64,000 bases of DNA from an uncultured bacterium. Its GTDB lineage: Bacteria; Verrucomicrobiota; Verrucomicrobiia; Limisphaerales; UBA8199. The notes beneath the pieces were generated by a model. It ran no database searches, had not been told where the DNA came from, and saw only the letters and a program-made list of their open reading frames with translations. Below, piece after piece: positions 42,969 to 53,044 of this stretch (position 1 is the first letter of the stretch; each line of letters begins with the position of its first letter). Position numbers and translations under genes: made by a program. Where the stretch lies: the NCBI GenBank assembly GCA_963749495.1, contig CAVVMW010000004.1, forward strand, positions 320,001 to 384,000. The letters run 5' to 3'.

Positions 42969-43228
42969 GATCCCGCGTCCGGCCGAGCTTCTGGCGCGCT
43001 TACGCGGCACTCGACCCGCACACGCGCGAAGCCGCCCGCCGGGCCTATCACCTGTTTCTCAGCGATCCGAGCCACCCATCCCTGCGTTTCAAGAAGCTCG
43101 GCGGTTACGAAAACATCTGGTCGGTCCGTATTACTGGGCAGTACCGCGCCGTCGGCGAGCGCCAAGGCGACTCGATCATCTGGGTTTGGATTGGGACGCA
43201 CAATGAATTCGAGAACCTCTTTGGCTGA
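42965..43228 (+). CDS. RelE/ParE-like toxin
   Basis: FWRAY...DPSHPSLRFKKL...WSVRI...YRA...WVWIGTHNEF. Confidence 0.88.
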   Translation: MRSRVRPSFWRAYAALDPHTREAARRAYHLFLSDPSHPSLRFKKLGGYENIWSVRITGQYRAVGERQGDSIIWVWIGTHNEFENLFG

Positions 43229-43230
43229 CG

Positions 43231-43743
43231 CTACACCCTCCATTCGCTCTTGAGGTAGGCGGCCTTTGCGAGCCAGGCGGGGTTGATCCGCACCCCCCAG
43301 CCGGGACCGTCGGGGAGCTTGACCTTGCCCTCGACGACCTTGAGCGACGGGCTGTAGAGGGACTCGCCGGCGTTGGCGTCCTCTTCGATGCTGAACTCGA
43401 CAAACGGCCCCGCATTGGGAATGGAGGCCATGAAGTGCAGCGAGAACAGCGTGATGAGCGAGAGGTGGGATGAGTGGGGCACCACGAGCTTGCGCGCCTG
43501 GCGGGCGAGGCCGGCCACGCGCCAGGCGCGGGTGAAACCGCCCACGTAACAAAGGTCCGGCTGGCAGATGCTCACCGCGTTCATGCGGATCATGCGGCGC
43601 CATTGGGCCAGGTCGTTGTCCTGTTCTCCGCCCGCCACATTCATCTTGAGCGCGGCGGTCACTTCCGCCGTCCACTCCATCTCCCAATACGGGCAGGGCT
43701 CCTCGAACCAAAAGTAATGGTTGTCCTCCAGGCGCCGGCCCAT
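43231..43743 (-). pseudogene. C-terminal fragment of a mandelate racemase/muconate lactonizing enzyme
   Basis: WFEEPCPY, AGGEQD, QPDLCYVGG and PDGPGWGV motifs; N-terminal half absent. Confidence 0.8.
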
Positions 43744-43960
43744 CTCAGCGGATCATTGAGGCGACAGAGGAGTTTGCGACTTGCAAGGGGATGCGTCGGC
43801 AGTTTGAGGGGGGCGCAGCGCGTTGAGCCACGGCAATGAGGAGCATGCTCGTGGGGACGCCCACACCAATACATAAGCCCAATCTTCGGGGCCCGATTCA
43901 GGATTGACGTCTTCCGGTTCTTTGCTAGAATAGCCTCGTACAACGAATCCTGGGCTAGTC

Positions 43961-44416
43961 ATGAAAACTCTAAAGCTGCTCCTTGCAGGGTCGCTCCTGG
44001 TCCTCGCGACGGCTCTCCCGGCGTCTGCGCAGTCCTACGATCTCTCCTGGTTCACCATCGATGGGGGCGGCGGGATCAGCACGGGAGGGGATTATACGCT
44101 GGTCGGCACGATCGGTCAACCGGATGCCGGCATACTCAGCGGCGGTCCTTACACGATCACCGGAGGTTTCTGGAGCGCGGTGACCGCGGTCACCCCTCCC
44201 CCCGGAGGCCCGGAAATCTCGGTCCAGCGGTCCGGCAAGGACGTGCTCGTCTCCTGGCCCTCTCCTTCCTCCGGTTTTGTCCTGGAGGAAAGCACGAGCC
44301 TGGAGCCCGCTTCCTGGAGCCCGGTCCAGCAAACCGTCAACGACAACGGCACGATCAAGAGCGTCACCATCCCCGCGCCCACACTCCGCGCGAAGTTCTA
44401 TCGCCTCAGATATTGA
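43961..44416 (+). CDS. Small secreted protein (YDLSWFTIDGGGG family)
   Basis: Signal peptide, GTIGQPDAG, GGFW and KFYRL tail; TTGACG/TAGAAT upstream. Confidence 0.8.
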   Translation: MKTLKLLLAGSLLVLATALPASAQSYDLSWFTIDGGGGISTGGDYTLVGTIGQPDAGILSGGPYTITGGFWSAVTAVTPPPGGPEISVQRSGKDVLVSWPSPSSGFVLEESTSLEPASWSPVQQTVNDNGTIKSVTIPAPTLRAKFYRLRY

Positions 44417-44428
44417 GCGGGCCTCTGT

Positions 44429-44645
44429 TCACCGCGGAGCGGTGTCCCGATGGTAGCCGGGCGGCTTTAGCCCCCGGTCAAGGTGCCGGAGAAGTCCCGG
44501 CGTCGCGTAGCGACGCGTGAAACGGCCTGAGGCCCCGAGGGCGTGCGGCGGCTCAGGCGTCGCTACGCGACGCGACGCCTCTGGCTGGACCCCGTTTCCG
44601 TGGGCTGAAGCCACACGGCTACCTTCGTATCATCGCTACGCGATG
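44429..44645. repeat. REPIN-like element, family A variant
   Basis: GATGGTAGCCG.. arms and CGTCGCGTAGCGACG / CGTCGCTACGCGACG hairpins. Confidence 0.8.
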
Positions 44646-44805
44646 AGCAGAGCCGGACCAGCGCCCAACTGTCGAGGCACGCTTTCCTTCCAACACGTGC
44701 GCGAATTCTGTGGGGCGAAGAATTCCGTCTCACGCCCCCGGGCGGCAGCGCCCCGAAATTCCGGGCGTGACTTTGGGGCGGTCTCATGGGAACTTCAAAG
44801 GACTT

Positions 44806-45495
44806 ATGAAAAGACTTGCAACATTTTGTGCGTTGAGCTTGACCCTGAACCTGGCCCTGGCTCAGAGCGGCGAGGCGAAAAAGGAGGAGGGAAAAAAGGA
44901 GGCCGCCCCGGCGGCCGCCGCAAAAGAGGTGGCCGTGATCAAGACCAGCGACGGCAACATGGTCATCGAGTTCTGGCCCGACGTGGCTCCGAAGACAGTC
45001 GAGAATTTCAAGGCGCTGGCCAAAAAGGGCTTTTACGACGGCACGGCGTTTCACCGGGTTATCAAGGGATTCATGATCCAGGGCGGGGACCCCAACACTA
45101 AGGACCCCGCCAACGAAAAAGCGGCTCCCGGCAGTGGCAAAGCCTTTGGCGAAGGCGGCCCCGATTACAGGATCAAGGCCGAGTTCAACGACCGCCACCA
45201 CGGGCGGGGCGTCATCTCGATGGCCCGCAGTGGCGATCCGATGGAGCGCTTGGGTCAGCCCCCGCGTCCTCAATTCGCCGACAGCGCCGGCAGCCAGTTC
45301 TTCATCTGCCACGGCGATGCCGCGTCGCTGGACCACAAGTACACGGCCTTCGGGAAACTGATCAAGGGGGATGACGTGCTCGACAAAATCGCCAATACCC
45401 CGGTCACGACCAGCGCCGGGGGCGAGCCAAGCAAGCCCACGACCCGGGTCGAGGTGAAGAAGATCGAGATCGCGCCCGCCGACTCGATCAAGTAG
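44806..45495 (+). CDS. Cyclophilin-type peptidylprolyl isomerase, secreted
   Basis: APKTVENF, FHRVIKGFMIQGGDP and SAGSQFFI motifs; signal peptide. Confidence 0.95.
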   Translation: MKRLATFCALSLTLNLALAQSGEAKKEEGKKEAAPAAAAKEVAVIKTSDGNMVIEFWPDVAPKTVENFKALAKKGFYDGTAFHRVIKGFMIQGGDPNTKDPANEKAAPGSGKAFGEGGPDYRIKAEFNDRHHGRGVISMARSGDPMERLGQPPRPQFADSAGSQFFICHGDAASLDHKYTAFGKLIKGDDVLDKIANTPVTTSAGGEPSKPTTRVEVKKIEIAPADSIK

Positions 45496-45525
45496 AGCCA
45501 ATCAAATTCAACCGGGAGCATTGCC

Positions 45526-46032
45526 ATGAAGGAGGTCGCAGTCGTCAAGACCAGCAGCGGGGAGATGGTGCTCGAGTTTTGGCCCGACGTGGCGCCCAAG
45601 ACGGTCGAGAACTTCAAACAACTGGCCCAGGAGGGCTTTTACGATGGCACCACGTTTCATCGCATCGTCAAGGGCTTTATGATCCAGGGCGGTGATCCCC
45701 TCACCAAGGACCCGTCCCGGGAGAGCGAGTGGGGCACCGGCGGCCCGGGTCGGACCATCAAGGCCGAGTTCAACGACCGTTCCCACCAGCACGGGGTCAT
45801 CTCGATGGCCCGCTCTCAGCACCCGGACTCGGCCGGGAGCCAGTTCTTCATCTGCCTGGGCGAGGCCTCGTTCCTGGACCGGAAATACGCCGCCTTTGGC
45901 CGGCTCACCCAAGGCGATGACGTGCTGGACCGGATCGGCAACACGCCGGTCACCGCGAACGCCAGCGGGGAGCGGAGCAAACCGCTCACGCGCATCACCG
46001 TCGAAAGCATCCGTCTGGTGACTCAACCGTAG
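45526..46032 (+). CDS. Cyclophilin-type peptidylprolyl isomerase, cytoplasmic
   Basis: Same motifs, no signal peptide. Confidence 0.95.
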   Translation: MKEVAVVKTSSGEMVLEFWPDVAPKTVENFKQLAQEGFYDGTTFHRIVKGFMIQGGDPLTKDPSRESEWGTGGPGRTIKAEFNDRSHQHGVISMARSQHPDSAGSQFFICLGEASFLDRKYAAFGRLTQGDDVLDRIGNTPVTANASGERSKPLTRITVESIRLVTQP

Positions 46033-46043
46033 CCCGCGGGACC

Positions 46044-46238
46044 ATGCGCGTCGAGGAGTTGGCTGCCGCCCTTGCGGCCCTCGGTTGCCCGCCGGAGAAA
46101 TCGGCGGGGATGGCGGCGCAGCTCGACAGGCGCGCCCGCCAATTGGCCGAGCGAAAGGGCCGCACTTACGACGAGGCGCTGGCGCACCTGCTGCAACTGA
46201 TGCGCCAGGGCTGGGCGGCCAAAGAGCGGGGGCTTTGA
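46044..46238 (+). CDS. Small hypothetical protein
   Basis: 64-aa ORF coupled (TGATG) to the NUDIX gene. Confidence 0.65.
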   Translation: MRVEELAAALAALGCPPEKSAGMAAQLDRRARQLAERKGRTYDEALAHLLQLMRQGWAAKERGL

Positions 46239-46804
46239 TGGAAACGATCAAGCCCTGGGAAAAAATCGCCTCAGTGCCCGCGGCCGACTTCCGGATCTTC
46301 AGCATCCGCACCGACCGGAGGGTCTCGCCGCGCACCGGGCAGGCGCACGACTTTTACGTCATCAACTGTGCCAATTGGGTGAACGTGATCGCTCTGACGC
46401 CTGACCAGCAGGTGGTCATGGTCGAGCAATTCCGCCATGGGTCGAACACCGTTGAACTGGAAATCCCGGGCGGGATGATCGACAGCGCCGATCCCTCCCC
46501 GGAAGCCGCCGGGCAGCGCGAACTGCGGGAAGAGACTGGCTACGCCGGGGAAAACGCGCGGCTCATCGGCCAGGTCTTTCCCAACCCGGCCATCATGACC
46601 AACACCTGCTTCACCGTGCTGGTCGAGAACTGCCGCTGCTGCCATCCGGTCGAGTTGGACTGCGCCGAGGACATGCTGACGCGGCTGGTGCCCGTGGCCG
46701 AGCTGCCCCGCCTCATGGCCGCCGGCAAGATCCGCCACTCCCTGGTGGCCGCGGCCCTCTATCACTTCGATCTCTGCCAGCGAGGGCTCAGCGGACGGGC
46801 GTAG
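46238..46804 (+). CDS. NUDIX hydrolase (ADP-ribose pyrophosphatase-like)
   Basis: Nudix box GGMID...AGQRELREETGY. Confidence 0.92.
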   Translation: METIKPWEKIASVPAADFRIFSIRTDRRVSPRTGQAHDFYVINCANWVNVIALTPDQQVVMVEQFRHGSNTVELEIPGGMIDSADPSPEAAGQRELREETGYAGENARLIGQVFPNPAIMTNTCFTVLVENCRCCHPVELDCAEDMLTRLVPVAELPRLMAAGKIRHSLVAAALYHFDLCQRGLSGRA

Positions 46805-46865
46805 CCCCCCCTCTCCCCTTCTGCCGGGACGGCGTTCGAATTTCGCATTTGCGGCGCTCCCAGCC

Positions 46866-47146
46866 CTACCGTGCCCCCCGCCGCACCTTCTCCTTGTCTT
46901 CCTCCAGTTTGGCGCGCAGCGATTTGCGGTCGCCGGCCAGTTGCTTCTCCAACTGCTCGACAGCCTTGTCGTCCCCCTTGTCCACCGCCTTGACAATCTC
47001 GCCCTCGAGAAGAGCTCGCGCTCGGCCATTTTCGCGGCGCACTTCGATTCCAGGTCTGCAATGTCCTGCTTCTGCTCCGCTGTCAGCTTGAGCGTCGGCG
47101 AGGACTTGCTCAACCGCTCCATTGCCAGTTCGTATGCAGTCTTCAT
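46866..47146 (-). CDS. Small coiled-coil hypothetical protein, frameshift near 47008
   Basis: MKTAYELAMERL... continues LEGEI...KEKVRRGAR in the adjacent frame. Confidence 0.7.
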
Positions 47147-47217
47147 TTGACACTATGTATCGTATCTTAGGAGCCTGTCCTGGCGCAAGCACGGCCTGCC
47201 GGGCCGGTGTCGCAGGA

Positions 47218-47387
47218 GCGCATCCCGACACTGCCCCCACCGTCGGGGGCCGGACCGGAGTGCGCCCGTCCCCGGGCGCAGGAACGTCCGGAGCAGGGGC
47301 AGCGGTCAAACACTCCGGCGCGCGTGCCCGCTCCGACGCTGCTGCGCCCGAGGACGGGCGCACTCCAGGGGCACTGTCAGGATGCGC
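47218..47387. repeat. REPIN-like element, family D
   Basis: Homologous to 20067-20237. Confidence 0.9.
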
Positions 47388-47401
47388 CAGTGTCGCAGAA
47401 A

Positions 47402-48190
47402 ATGAACGGGCCAATTAAACTGATCTCGACGGATTTCGACGGGACCCTGTATGCGGGGTTCGAGAGTCCGCCGGTGCCGGCGCGGCTGCAGGAGCTGCTC
47501 GGCCGATTGCAGGCCGCCGGGGCCAAGTGGATCATCAACACCGGCCGCGACCTCTCCAGCCTCATGGAATCCCTCGGCCGGGCGCGCATTGCCGTCGAAC
47601 CCGATTACCTGGTGCTGGTCGAACGCGAGATCTACTGCCACCAGGATTTGCAGTATCGCGGCCTGGAGCAATGGAACGCCGCCTGCTCGCGCACGCACGC
47701 AGAACTCTTCGCCCGCGTGCGGCCCTACTTGCCCCGCCTGGTGGCCTGGATCAACGAGCATTTTCACGCCCGCATCTACGAGGATGCCTACTCCCCCTTC
47801 TGCCTGGTCGCCGGCAACAACGGCGATGCGGATGCCATCCACCGTTACCTCAACGACTACTGCCGCGCCATCCCGGACCTGGCGGTCGTCCGCAACGACG
47901 TTTACGCCCGGTTCAGCCACGTCGCCTACAGCAAGGGCACGGCCCTGGCCGAGGTGACCCGACTCCTGGGCCTTACCGCCGACCACGTCTTCGCTGTCGG
48001 CGACCACTTGAATGATTTGCCCATGCTCTGCAGCCGCTTCGCCCGTTTCCTGGCCGCCCCGGGCAATGCCGTGGCCTCCGTAAAGGAAACGGTCCTCCGC
48101 CAGGGCGGTTATGTCAGCCGCCGATTCCACGGCAACGGCGTGGCCGACGCCCTGAACTTCTACCTGGACCCGGGCGCGGGTGGAGCGTGA
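47402..48190 (+). CDS. HAD-IIB family hydrolase
   Basis: STDFDGTL, NTGR, SKGTAL and GDHLNDLPM motifs. Confidence 0.9.
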   Translation: MNGPIKLISTDFDGTLYAGFESPPVPARLQELLGRLQAAGAKWIINTGRDLSSLMESLGRARIAVEPDYLVLVEREIYCHQDLQYRGLEQWNAACSRTHAELFARVRPYLPRLVAWINEHFHARIYEDAYSPFCLVAGNNGDADAIHRYLNDYCRAIPDLAVVRNDVYARFSHVAYSKGTALAEVTRLLGLTADHVFAVGDHLNDLPMLCSRFARFLAAPGNAVASVKETVLRQGGYVSRRFHGNGVADALNFYLDPGAGGA

Positions 48191-48200
48191 GATAAAACAC

Positions 48201-48235
48201 GAAAGGCGGCCCGGTCCCATTCCGGGCCGCCTTTC
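48201..48235 (+). terminator. Probable intrinsic terminator hairpin
   Basis: GAAAGGCGGCCCGG-N7-CCGGGCCGCCTTTC just after the HAD gene. Confidence 0.7.
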
Positions 48236-48356
48236 CTTGAACCAGCCATGCTGAACCACCGGACGGCGCTTGGCGTTGCCGCCGCCCGAGGCAGGCTAAG
48301 AGAAACGCAACACCGATCAGACGCGCCGGAATGCGGAGCTATTCAACCTTGGGGGC

Positions 48357-48385
48357 TTGACATACCTTAAACCATGAGGTATAAA
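48357..48385 (+). promoter_or_regulatory. Sigma70 promoter overlapped by a palindromic operator (likely PadR site)
   Basis: TTGACA-N17-TATAAA; ATACCT-N9-AGGTAT at 48362-48382. Confidence 0.75.
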
Positions 48386-48394
48386 GGGCGGCAT

Positions 48395-48730
48395 ATGGGC
48401 CGAAGCAATCCGAGTTTTCTCAATGGCGTGCCTGAGCTGCTGGTGCTCAAGCTCCTCTCCCGGCGCGAGATGTACGGCTATGAAATCGTCCGGGTCATCC
48501 AGGCCCAGACGCGTGAGCGGCTGGCGTTTGGCGAGGGTTGCATCTATCCCTACCTGCATTACCTGGAGCAGGAGAAGCTGGTCAACCGCTTCCGCAAGGA
48601 GGTCGAGGGTCGCAGCCGCAATTACTACGAACTCACCGCGCGCGGCCGGAAACGGCTGGAGGCCTTGACTGCGGAATGGAACCGCGTGGCGGCCGGCATC
48701 TCGCTGGTGATGGGAGGAGAGTATGCTTAG
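48395..48730 (+). CDS. PadR family transcriptional regulator
   Basis: EMYGYEI, EGCIYPYLHYLE and RNYYELTARG motifs. Confidence 0.93.
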   Translation: MGRSNPSFLNGVPELLVLKLLSRREMYGYEIVRVIQAQTRERLAFGEGCIYPYLHYLEQEKLVNRFRKEVEGRSRNYYELTARGRKRLEALTAEWNRVAAGISLVMGGEYA

Positions 48731-48752
48731 GAGACAACACAGGAGACAATAT

Positions 48753-49425
48753 ATGAACCAAACCTCATCACTACCGGGGCTTGTGCTGGGCGCGCTGGCC
48801 CTGTGCCTGGCCGGCTGCGCGACCCACAAGGAACGGCCCGCGGCGCAACGCGGGTGGATCGGCGGGCAATGCGTGCTGGCCAAGAAGGTAGCGGTCCTGG
48901 AGGCCATCCTGCACAGACCGGGCGTCGAGGATTATCAGCAGTTTCCCGAGTCGGTGAGGCGGACGCAAAAGGCGGCGGTCCTGGTGAAGCATCTGGGCAC
49001 CAACGCCCCCGCCTACCGGGCCGGGCTGCGCCAAGGGGATCTGATCGTCGAACTGGACCACCGCCCGGCGGTGAGGCTGAAGCAATTCCACCGGACAATA
49101 GAGGCGAGCCGGCCAGGGACCTCGTTGCCGGTCAAGGTCTATCGCGATGGCCAGACGGCGGAGTACACTGTGGCCGTGGGCCGCGAGACGTATCGAAGAG
49201 GCGGTGAGTTTCGCCTCGTGCTCCCCAGCGTGGTGCATGGATGGGACCTGTGGCCCAACCCCGGTTTCTCGCTGGTGCTGTTGGGCTACGAACCCAACCG
49301 GGACCCGGCGAAGGATGCAACGCAGCCTGCGGCCGGGTCAACCGGTCTATGCAGAAGACTGGAGCGCGTTTGCAGGCATCCTCGACCTGTCAATCGGCAA
49401 ACGCATCTTGTCGCAGGAGGACTGA
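48753..49425 (+). CDS. PDZ-domain lipoprotein, frameshift near 49300-49330
   Basis: LAGC lipobox; PAYRAGLRQGDLIVELD PDZ motif. Confidence 0.75.
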
Positions 49426-49427
49426 AC

Positions 49428-51470
49428 TTACCTCAGGCCTTCCAAGGCTTGTTGGGCCTTCTTGCGGGTCGCCTCGTCGGGGGCATGGGCGACGACGGCC
49501 TGGAGGGCCTTTTGGCGCTGCTCCTTGGTGGCGCCGGAGCGGTTGCGGGCAGCCAGGTTGAGCAGGGCGGAGCAGGCCTCGTCGGCGATGGCGGGTTCGG
49601 CGGCGAAGGCGGCGAGCATCTCCAGGGCCTGGGCGTGCGTGGTGGACTGGAGGACGGCAATGGCCAGGCGTTTTTCCTCGGGCCGCTTGAGGAGCGGCAG
49701 GGCTTCCTTGAGCCTGGCGGATTTCTGCTCGGCGTTGAGTTTCTTGTCGCCCTGAAGGAACTGGAGATAGCCGCGCAGGGCCAGGACCTGGTGCGAGGGG
49801 TTCTCATCGGACTGGGCCAGGGCCAGCAACGGCGCGGCGACGCTGTCGTCCTCCGGCCAGGTGTTGGGCCAGGTGGACAAGGTGCGCACCGCCTCGTCCT
49901 GAAGGGGCTGCTCTTTGTCCTGGAGTTCTGCCCTCACGGCGGCCAGGGCCTGGGGGCCGCCCGCCGAGGCCAGGGCGTGGAGGGCGACGAGGCGGATCGC
50001 GCCGTTGGGGTCTTGGGCCATCGGCAGCAAGTGCGGGACGCAGAGGGTTCCTTTGCGCCCGCTGATGCCCAGGAGGGCGGCCTCGATTTCGGCGCGTTCT
50101 TTGGCGTCCTGAGTCTGGCCCAGCAGCCGGGCCAATTCCGGTATTTGCGTCTGGTCGCCCAGGGTGCCCAGGGCGCGCAGGGCGGCGCTCCGCGTGGCCG
50201 GGTCCGGGTCTTGGGCGCAGCGCGAGACGGCCGGCAGAGCGGCCTCGACCTGGCGTAGGGCAGCCAATTTGATGAGGGTCTGGCGCGACTTGCCGCCGGC
50301 CTGGGGCAGGCGGGCGACCAGGTCCGCGTCCACTTCGCTGCCGGGCAGCCTGGCCAGCGCGGCCAGGGCGGCCGATTCGATCTCCGGATCGCCCTCGGCA
50401 GCGGCCTCCAGCAGGGTCGGCGCGGCCGAGGCATTCCCATACTGGTCCAGGATGCCGATGGCTGTGAGGCGGAAGTTTTTCGGGCCCTTTTTGGCGGCGT
50501 CCAGGACCGTGGGCATGGCCTCGCTCTCCCCGCGGTCGGCCAGGGCCAAAAGCACGTATCCCTGGCGGTCCGGGCTGGTCATTGACATCTCCTCGGCCAA
50601 GGCCCTGCCCACCTCGACCCCAGCCAACTCGCGGGCAGTGCTCAAGGCAAGGTCGAAGTAGGCCTTGTCCGACGAGTGCAAGAGCTTGCGCAGCAGGGGC
50701 AGCCCAGCCGATTTGCGCGCCAGGATTGCCCCGCGCAGGGCCTCGAGCTCGCGCTGCTTGGGAACTTGTGCCTCCCGCACGAGGTCATACAGCCTGATGG
50801 CAACGTCCGCGTCGCCGGCACTGAGAAACCTCTCCGCGCACAGGATGCACCCCTCCGCCACGGACCCGCGGACGGCCTCGGGCGCCTTGGGCAAGGTCTG
50901 CTCGAGGGAATTGGCGGCGGCCAACCCGCCGATGCGGCCCAAGGCTACCGCAGCCGCCGACGCCACGTCGGCATCCGTGTCGCCCAGCTTGGACACCAGC
51001 ACGCTCACCGCCTCTGTGCTGCGGCGAAAGCCAATCGAGTTGAGGGTCCCGACCAGAAGTCGGCCGTGCAACTCGGGCACGGCCTGGACCAGGGCGTTAT
51101 CGGCCTCGGGACCGGGAATGGCCTCCAACGCGATGCGCGCCCAGGAGGCAAGGTCCGGGTCCGAGAGCAACCGGGCCAACGCCGGAACGGCCTCTGCCGT
51201 GCCGCAAGAGGCCAGGCCCTTGCAGGCCAGGCCCTTCTCGCCGGGCGCAGCCTGTGACTGCAGCACGCCGATGAGCTTCTGCTGCTTCTGGGCCGGGGCC
51301 TGGCCGGGCTCGGCCCCGGGCGCCTGGAGGGCCGCCACTAGACAGGCCATCGCCGCCAGGCAGCGTCCCGCCGCCCGGAGAGAGGATTTCAAACCGGGCC
51401 GGTCGCCGTGAACGGGGGCGCAGATGCCTTGAGCCGCGCCTTCATCTGGATTTTGGAAATCGGATTTCAT
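49428..51470 (-). CDS. HEAT/PBS-lyase repeat protein
   Basis: Repeated VR.AA..ALG.IG helical units. Confidence 0.88.
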   Translation of the reverse strand: MKSDFQNPDEGAAQGICAPVHGDRPGLKSSLRAAGRCLAAMACLVAALQAPGAEPGQAPAQKQQKLIGVLQSQAAPGEKGLACKGLASCGTAEAVPALARLLSDPDLASWARIALEAIPGPEADNALVQAVPELHGRLLVGTLNSIGFRRSTEAVSVLVSKLGDTDADVASAAAVALGRIGGLAAANSLEQTLPKAPEAVRGSVAEGCILCAERFLSAGDADVAIRLYDLVREAQVPKQRELEALRGAILARKSAGLPLLRKLLHSSDKAYFDLALSTARELAGVEVGRALAEEMSMTSPDRQGYVLLALADRGESEAMPTVLDAAKKGPKNFRLTAIGILDQYGNASAAPTLLEAAAEGDPEIESAALAALARLPGSEVDADLVARLPQAGGKSRQTLIKLAALRQVEAALPAVSRCAQDPDPATRSAALRALGTLGDQTQIPELARLLGQTQDAKERAEIEAALLGISGRKGTLCVPHLLPMAQDPNGAIRLVALHALASAGGPQALAAVRAELQDKEQPLQDEAVRTLSTWPNTWPEDDSVAAPLLALAQSDENPSHQVLALRGYLQFLQGDKKLNAEQKSARLKEALPLLKRPEEKRLAIAVLQSTTHAQALEMLAAFAAEPAIADEACSALLNLAARNRSGATKEQRQKALQAVVAHAPDEATRKKAQQALEGLR

Positions 51471-51523
51471 GGGAAAGAATGTTGAGGTGAAGTGAGTTGA
51501 GGTGAGGTGGAGCGGCGTCCGGG

Positions 51524-52807
51524 TCAGAGCCTCCAGGGTTCGCGCAGGGCCTCGGAGCGGAACCGGTTGGCCTCGTCGTCGCCGATGAACTCGTTTGTCC
51601 CGGGGTTGAACTGGACTTTGCGGTGGAGGAACAAGGCGATATTGGCGGCATGGCAGGCGATGTGGGCGTGGCAGGCGGCCTGGGCGTTGGCGCGGGTCTG
51701 GGCGCGCGACTTGACGCAGTCCAGGAAATTGCGCACGTGGAAGTCGGCGGGGTAGCCGGCGATCTTGGCGCCTTTGCCCGCCAGCAGGGCCGGCGAGCTG
51801 GCGACGATCTCGGCGTCGTCTCCGGTCTCCACCCAGCCCGTGTCGCCTTCGAAACGGACGGGGCAGGAGCCCAGGGGCAGCCAGCCGTCGTTGCGCATGA
51901 CCAGCCGGACGCCGTTGGCGTAACGTGCATGGAGTTGGTCCTTCACCGGTTCGTATTCGACCGGCTCGGTGTTGTCGGCGTCGTTGGCCCATTGGCAGAG
52001 GTCAACGCAATGGGAACCCCATTCCAGGCACCCGCCGCCGACCAGGCCGCCGCCTTTCTCGAAGTTGAAGCCGTCGAACGACACGGCTCGGTTGTAGGGC
52101 CGCCAGGCGGCCGGGCCGAGGTAGAGATCCCAGTCAAACTTTTCCTTGTCCGGTTCCGGCTCGGCCTTGGTCCAGCCGCTGACAGCGGTGCCGAGGCCGG
52201 CGGGGTGGGCGTGGAGGGTCTGGAGCTTGCCGAGCCTGCCGCGCCGGGCCAGGTCGATGACGAACATGAAGTTGGGCAGGCTCCGGCGCTGTGTGCCCGC
52301 CTGGAAGACCCGCCCCGTGCGGCGGAAGGTCTCGGCCAGGGCCAGGCTCTGGGCGATGTTCTTGGTGCAGGGCTTCTCGCAATAGACGTCTTTGCCGGCA
52401 TTGGCGGCGAGGATCGAGGCGGTGGCGTGCCAGTTCGGCCCCGTGGCGATGAGCACGGCATCCAGGTCGTCGCGGGCCAGCAGTTCGCGCAGGTCCCGAT
52501 ACATCTTGCAATCCTGGTTCCCATATTTGGCGTCCGCCCGGCGCTTGACCGCCTCGCGGCGCTCGGCCCGGACATCGCAGACGGCGACGAACTGCACGTC
52601 GGGCTGCTGCAGGAAACAGCCCAGGTCGTAGGAGCCCCGGCCGCCGATGCCGATGCCGCCCATCACAATCCGTTCGCTCGGGGCAGCGGTGAAGGACGCG
52701 CCCACCACAGCGCCGCGAACCAGTTGCGGCGCCGCCAGCAGCGCGCCCGCCTGGAGCGTCGTCTTCAAAAACCCGCGGCGTGTCAATTCAAGCCTCTCTG
52801 TGCGCAT
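51524..52807 (-). CDS. Tat-exported Gfo/Idh/MocA oxidoreductase
   Basis: TRRGFLK Tat motif, IGIGGRG, DVYCEKP and QAGTQRRS motifs. Confidence 0.93.
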   Translation of the reverse strand: MRTERLELTRRGFLKTTLQAGALLAAPQLVRGAVVGASFTAAPSERIVMGGIGIGGRGSYDLGCFLQQPDVQFVAVCDVRAERREAVKRRADAKYGNQDCKMYRDLRELLARDDLDAVLIATGPNWHATASILAANAGKDVYCEKPCTKNIAQSLALAETFRRTGRVFQAGTQRRSLPNFMFVIDLARRGRLGKLQTLHAHPAGLGTAVSGWTKAEPEPDKEKFDWDLYLGPAAWRPYNRAVSFDGFNFEKGGGLVGGGCLEWGSHCVDLCQWANDADNTEPVEYEPVKDQLHARYANGVRLVMRNDGWLPLGSCPVRFEGDTGWVETGDDAEIVASSPALLAGKGAKIAGYPADFHVRNFLDCVKSRAQTRANAQAACHAHIACHAANIALFLHRKVQFNPGTNEFIGDDEANRFRSEALREPWRL

Positions 52808-52967
52808 ATTGGATCTCCTGTTGCGGAACTGCTCAGCGGTCCCATTGGTCGAATGCTTCATGGTCTGTGCCAGGACGAACTCGGTTCAGTCGAAATTCGA
52901 TCATTCGTGCCTGCGTGGAAGAGCCAGCCAGATTTTCGCCCCGACGGCAAGAGAAATGAGTGACTGG

Positions 52968-53044
52968 TGACGAATGACGAATGACGAATGCGGAGTGCGG
53001 AGTGCGGAGTGCGGAGTGGGGAATGCGGAATGGGGAATGCGGAG
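52968..53044. repeat. Compound heptamer microsatellite (TGACGAA)3(CGGAGTG)4(G/CGGAATG)3
   Basis: Read directly from the sequence. Confidence 0.9.

Noticed and set aside
44806..46032. Tandem cyclophilin paralogues
   Set aside because: Ordinary secreted plus cytoplasmic pair with fairly even divergence
7973..47387. CRISPR array
   Set aside because: Repeats are dispersed palindromes or microsatellites with no repeat-spacer periodicity, and no cas genes are present
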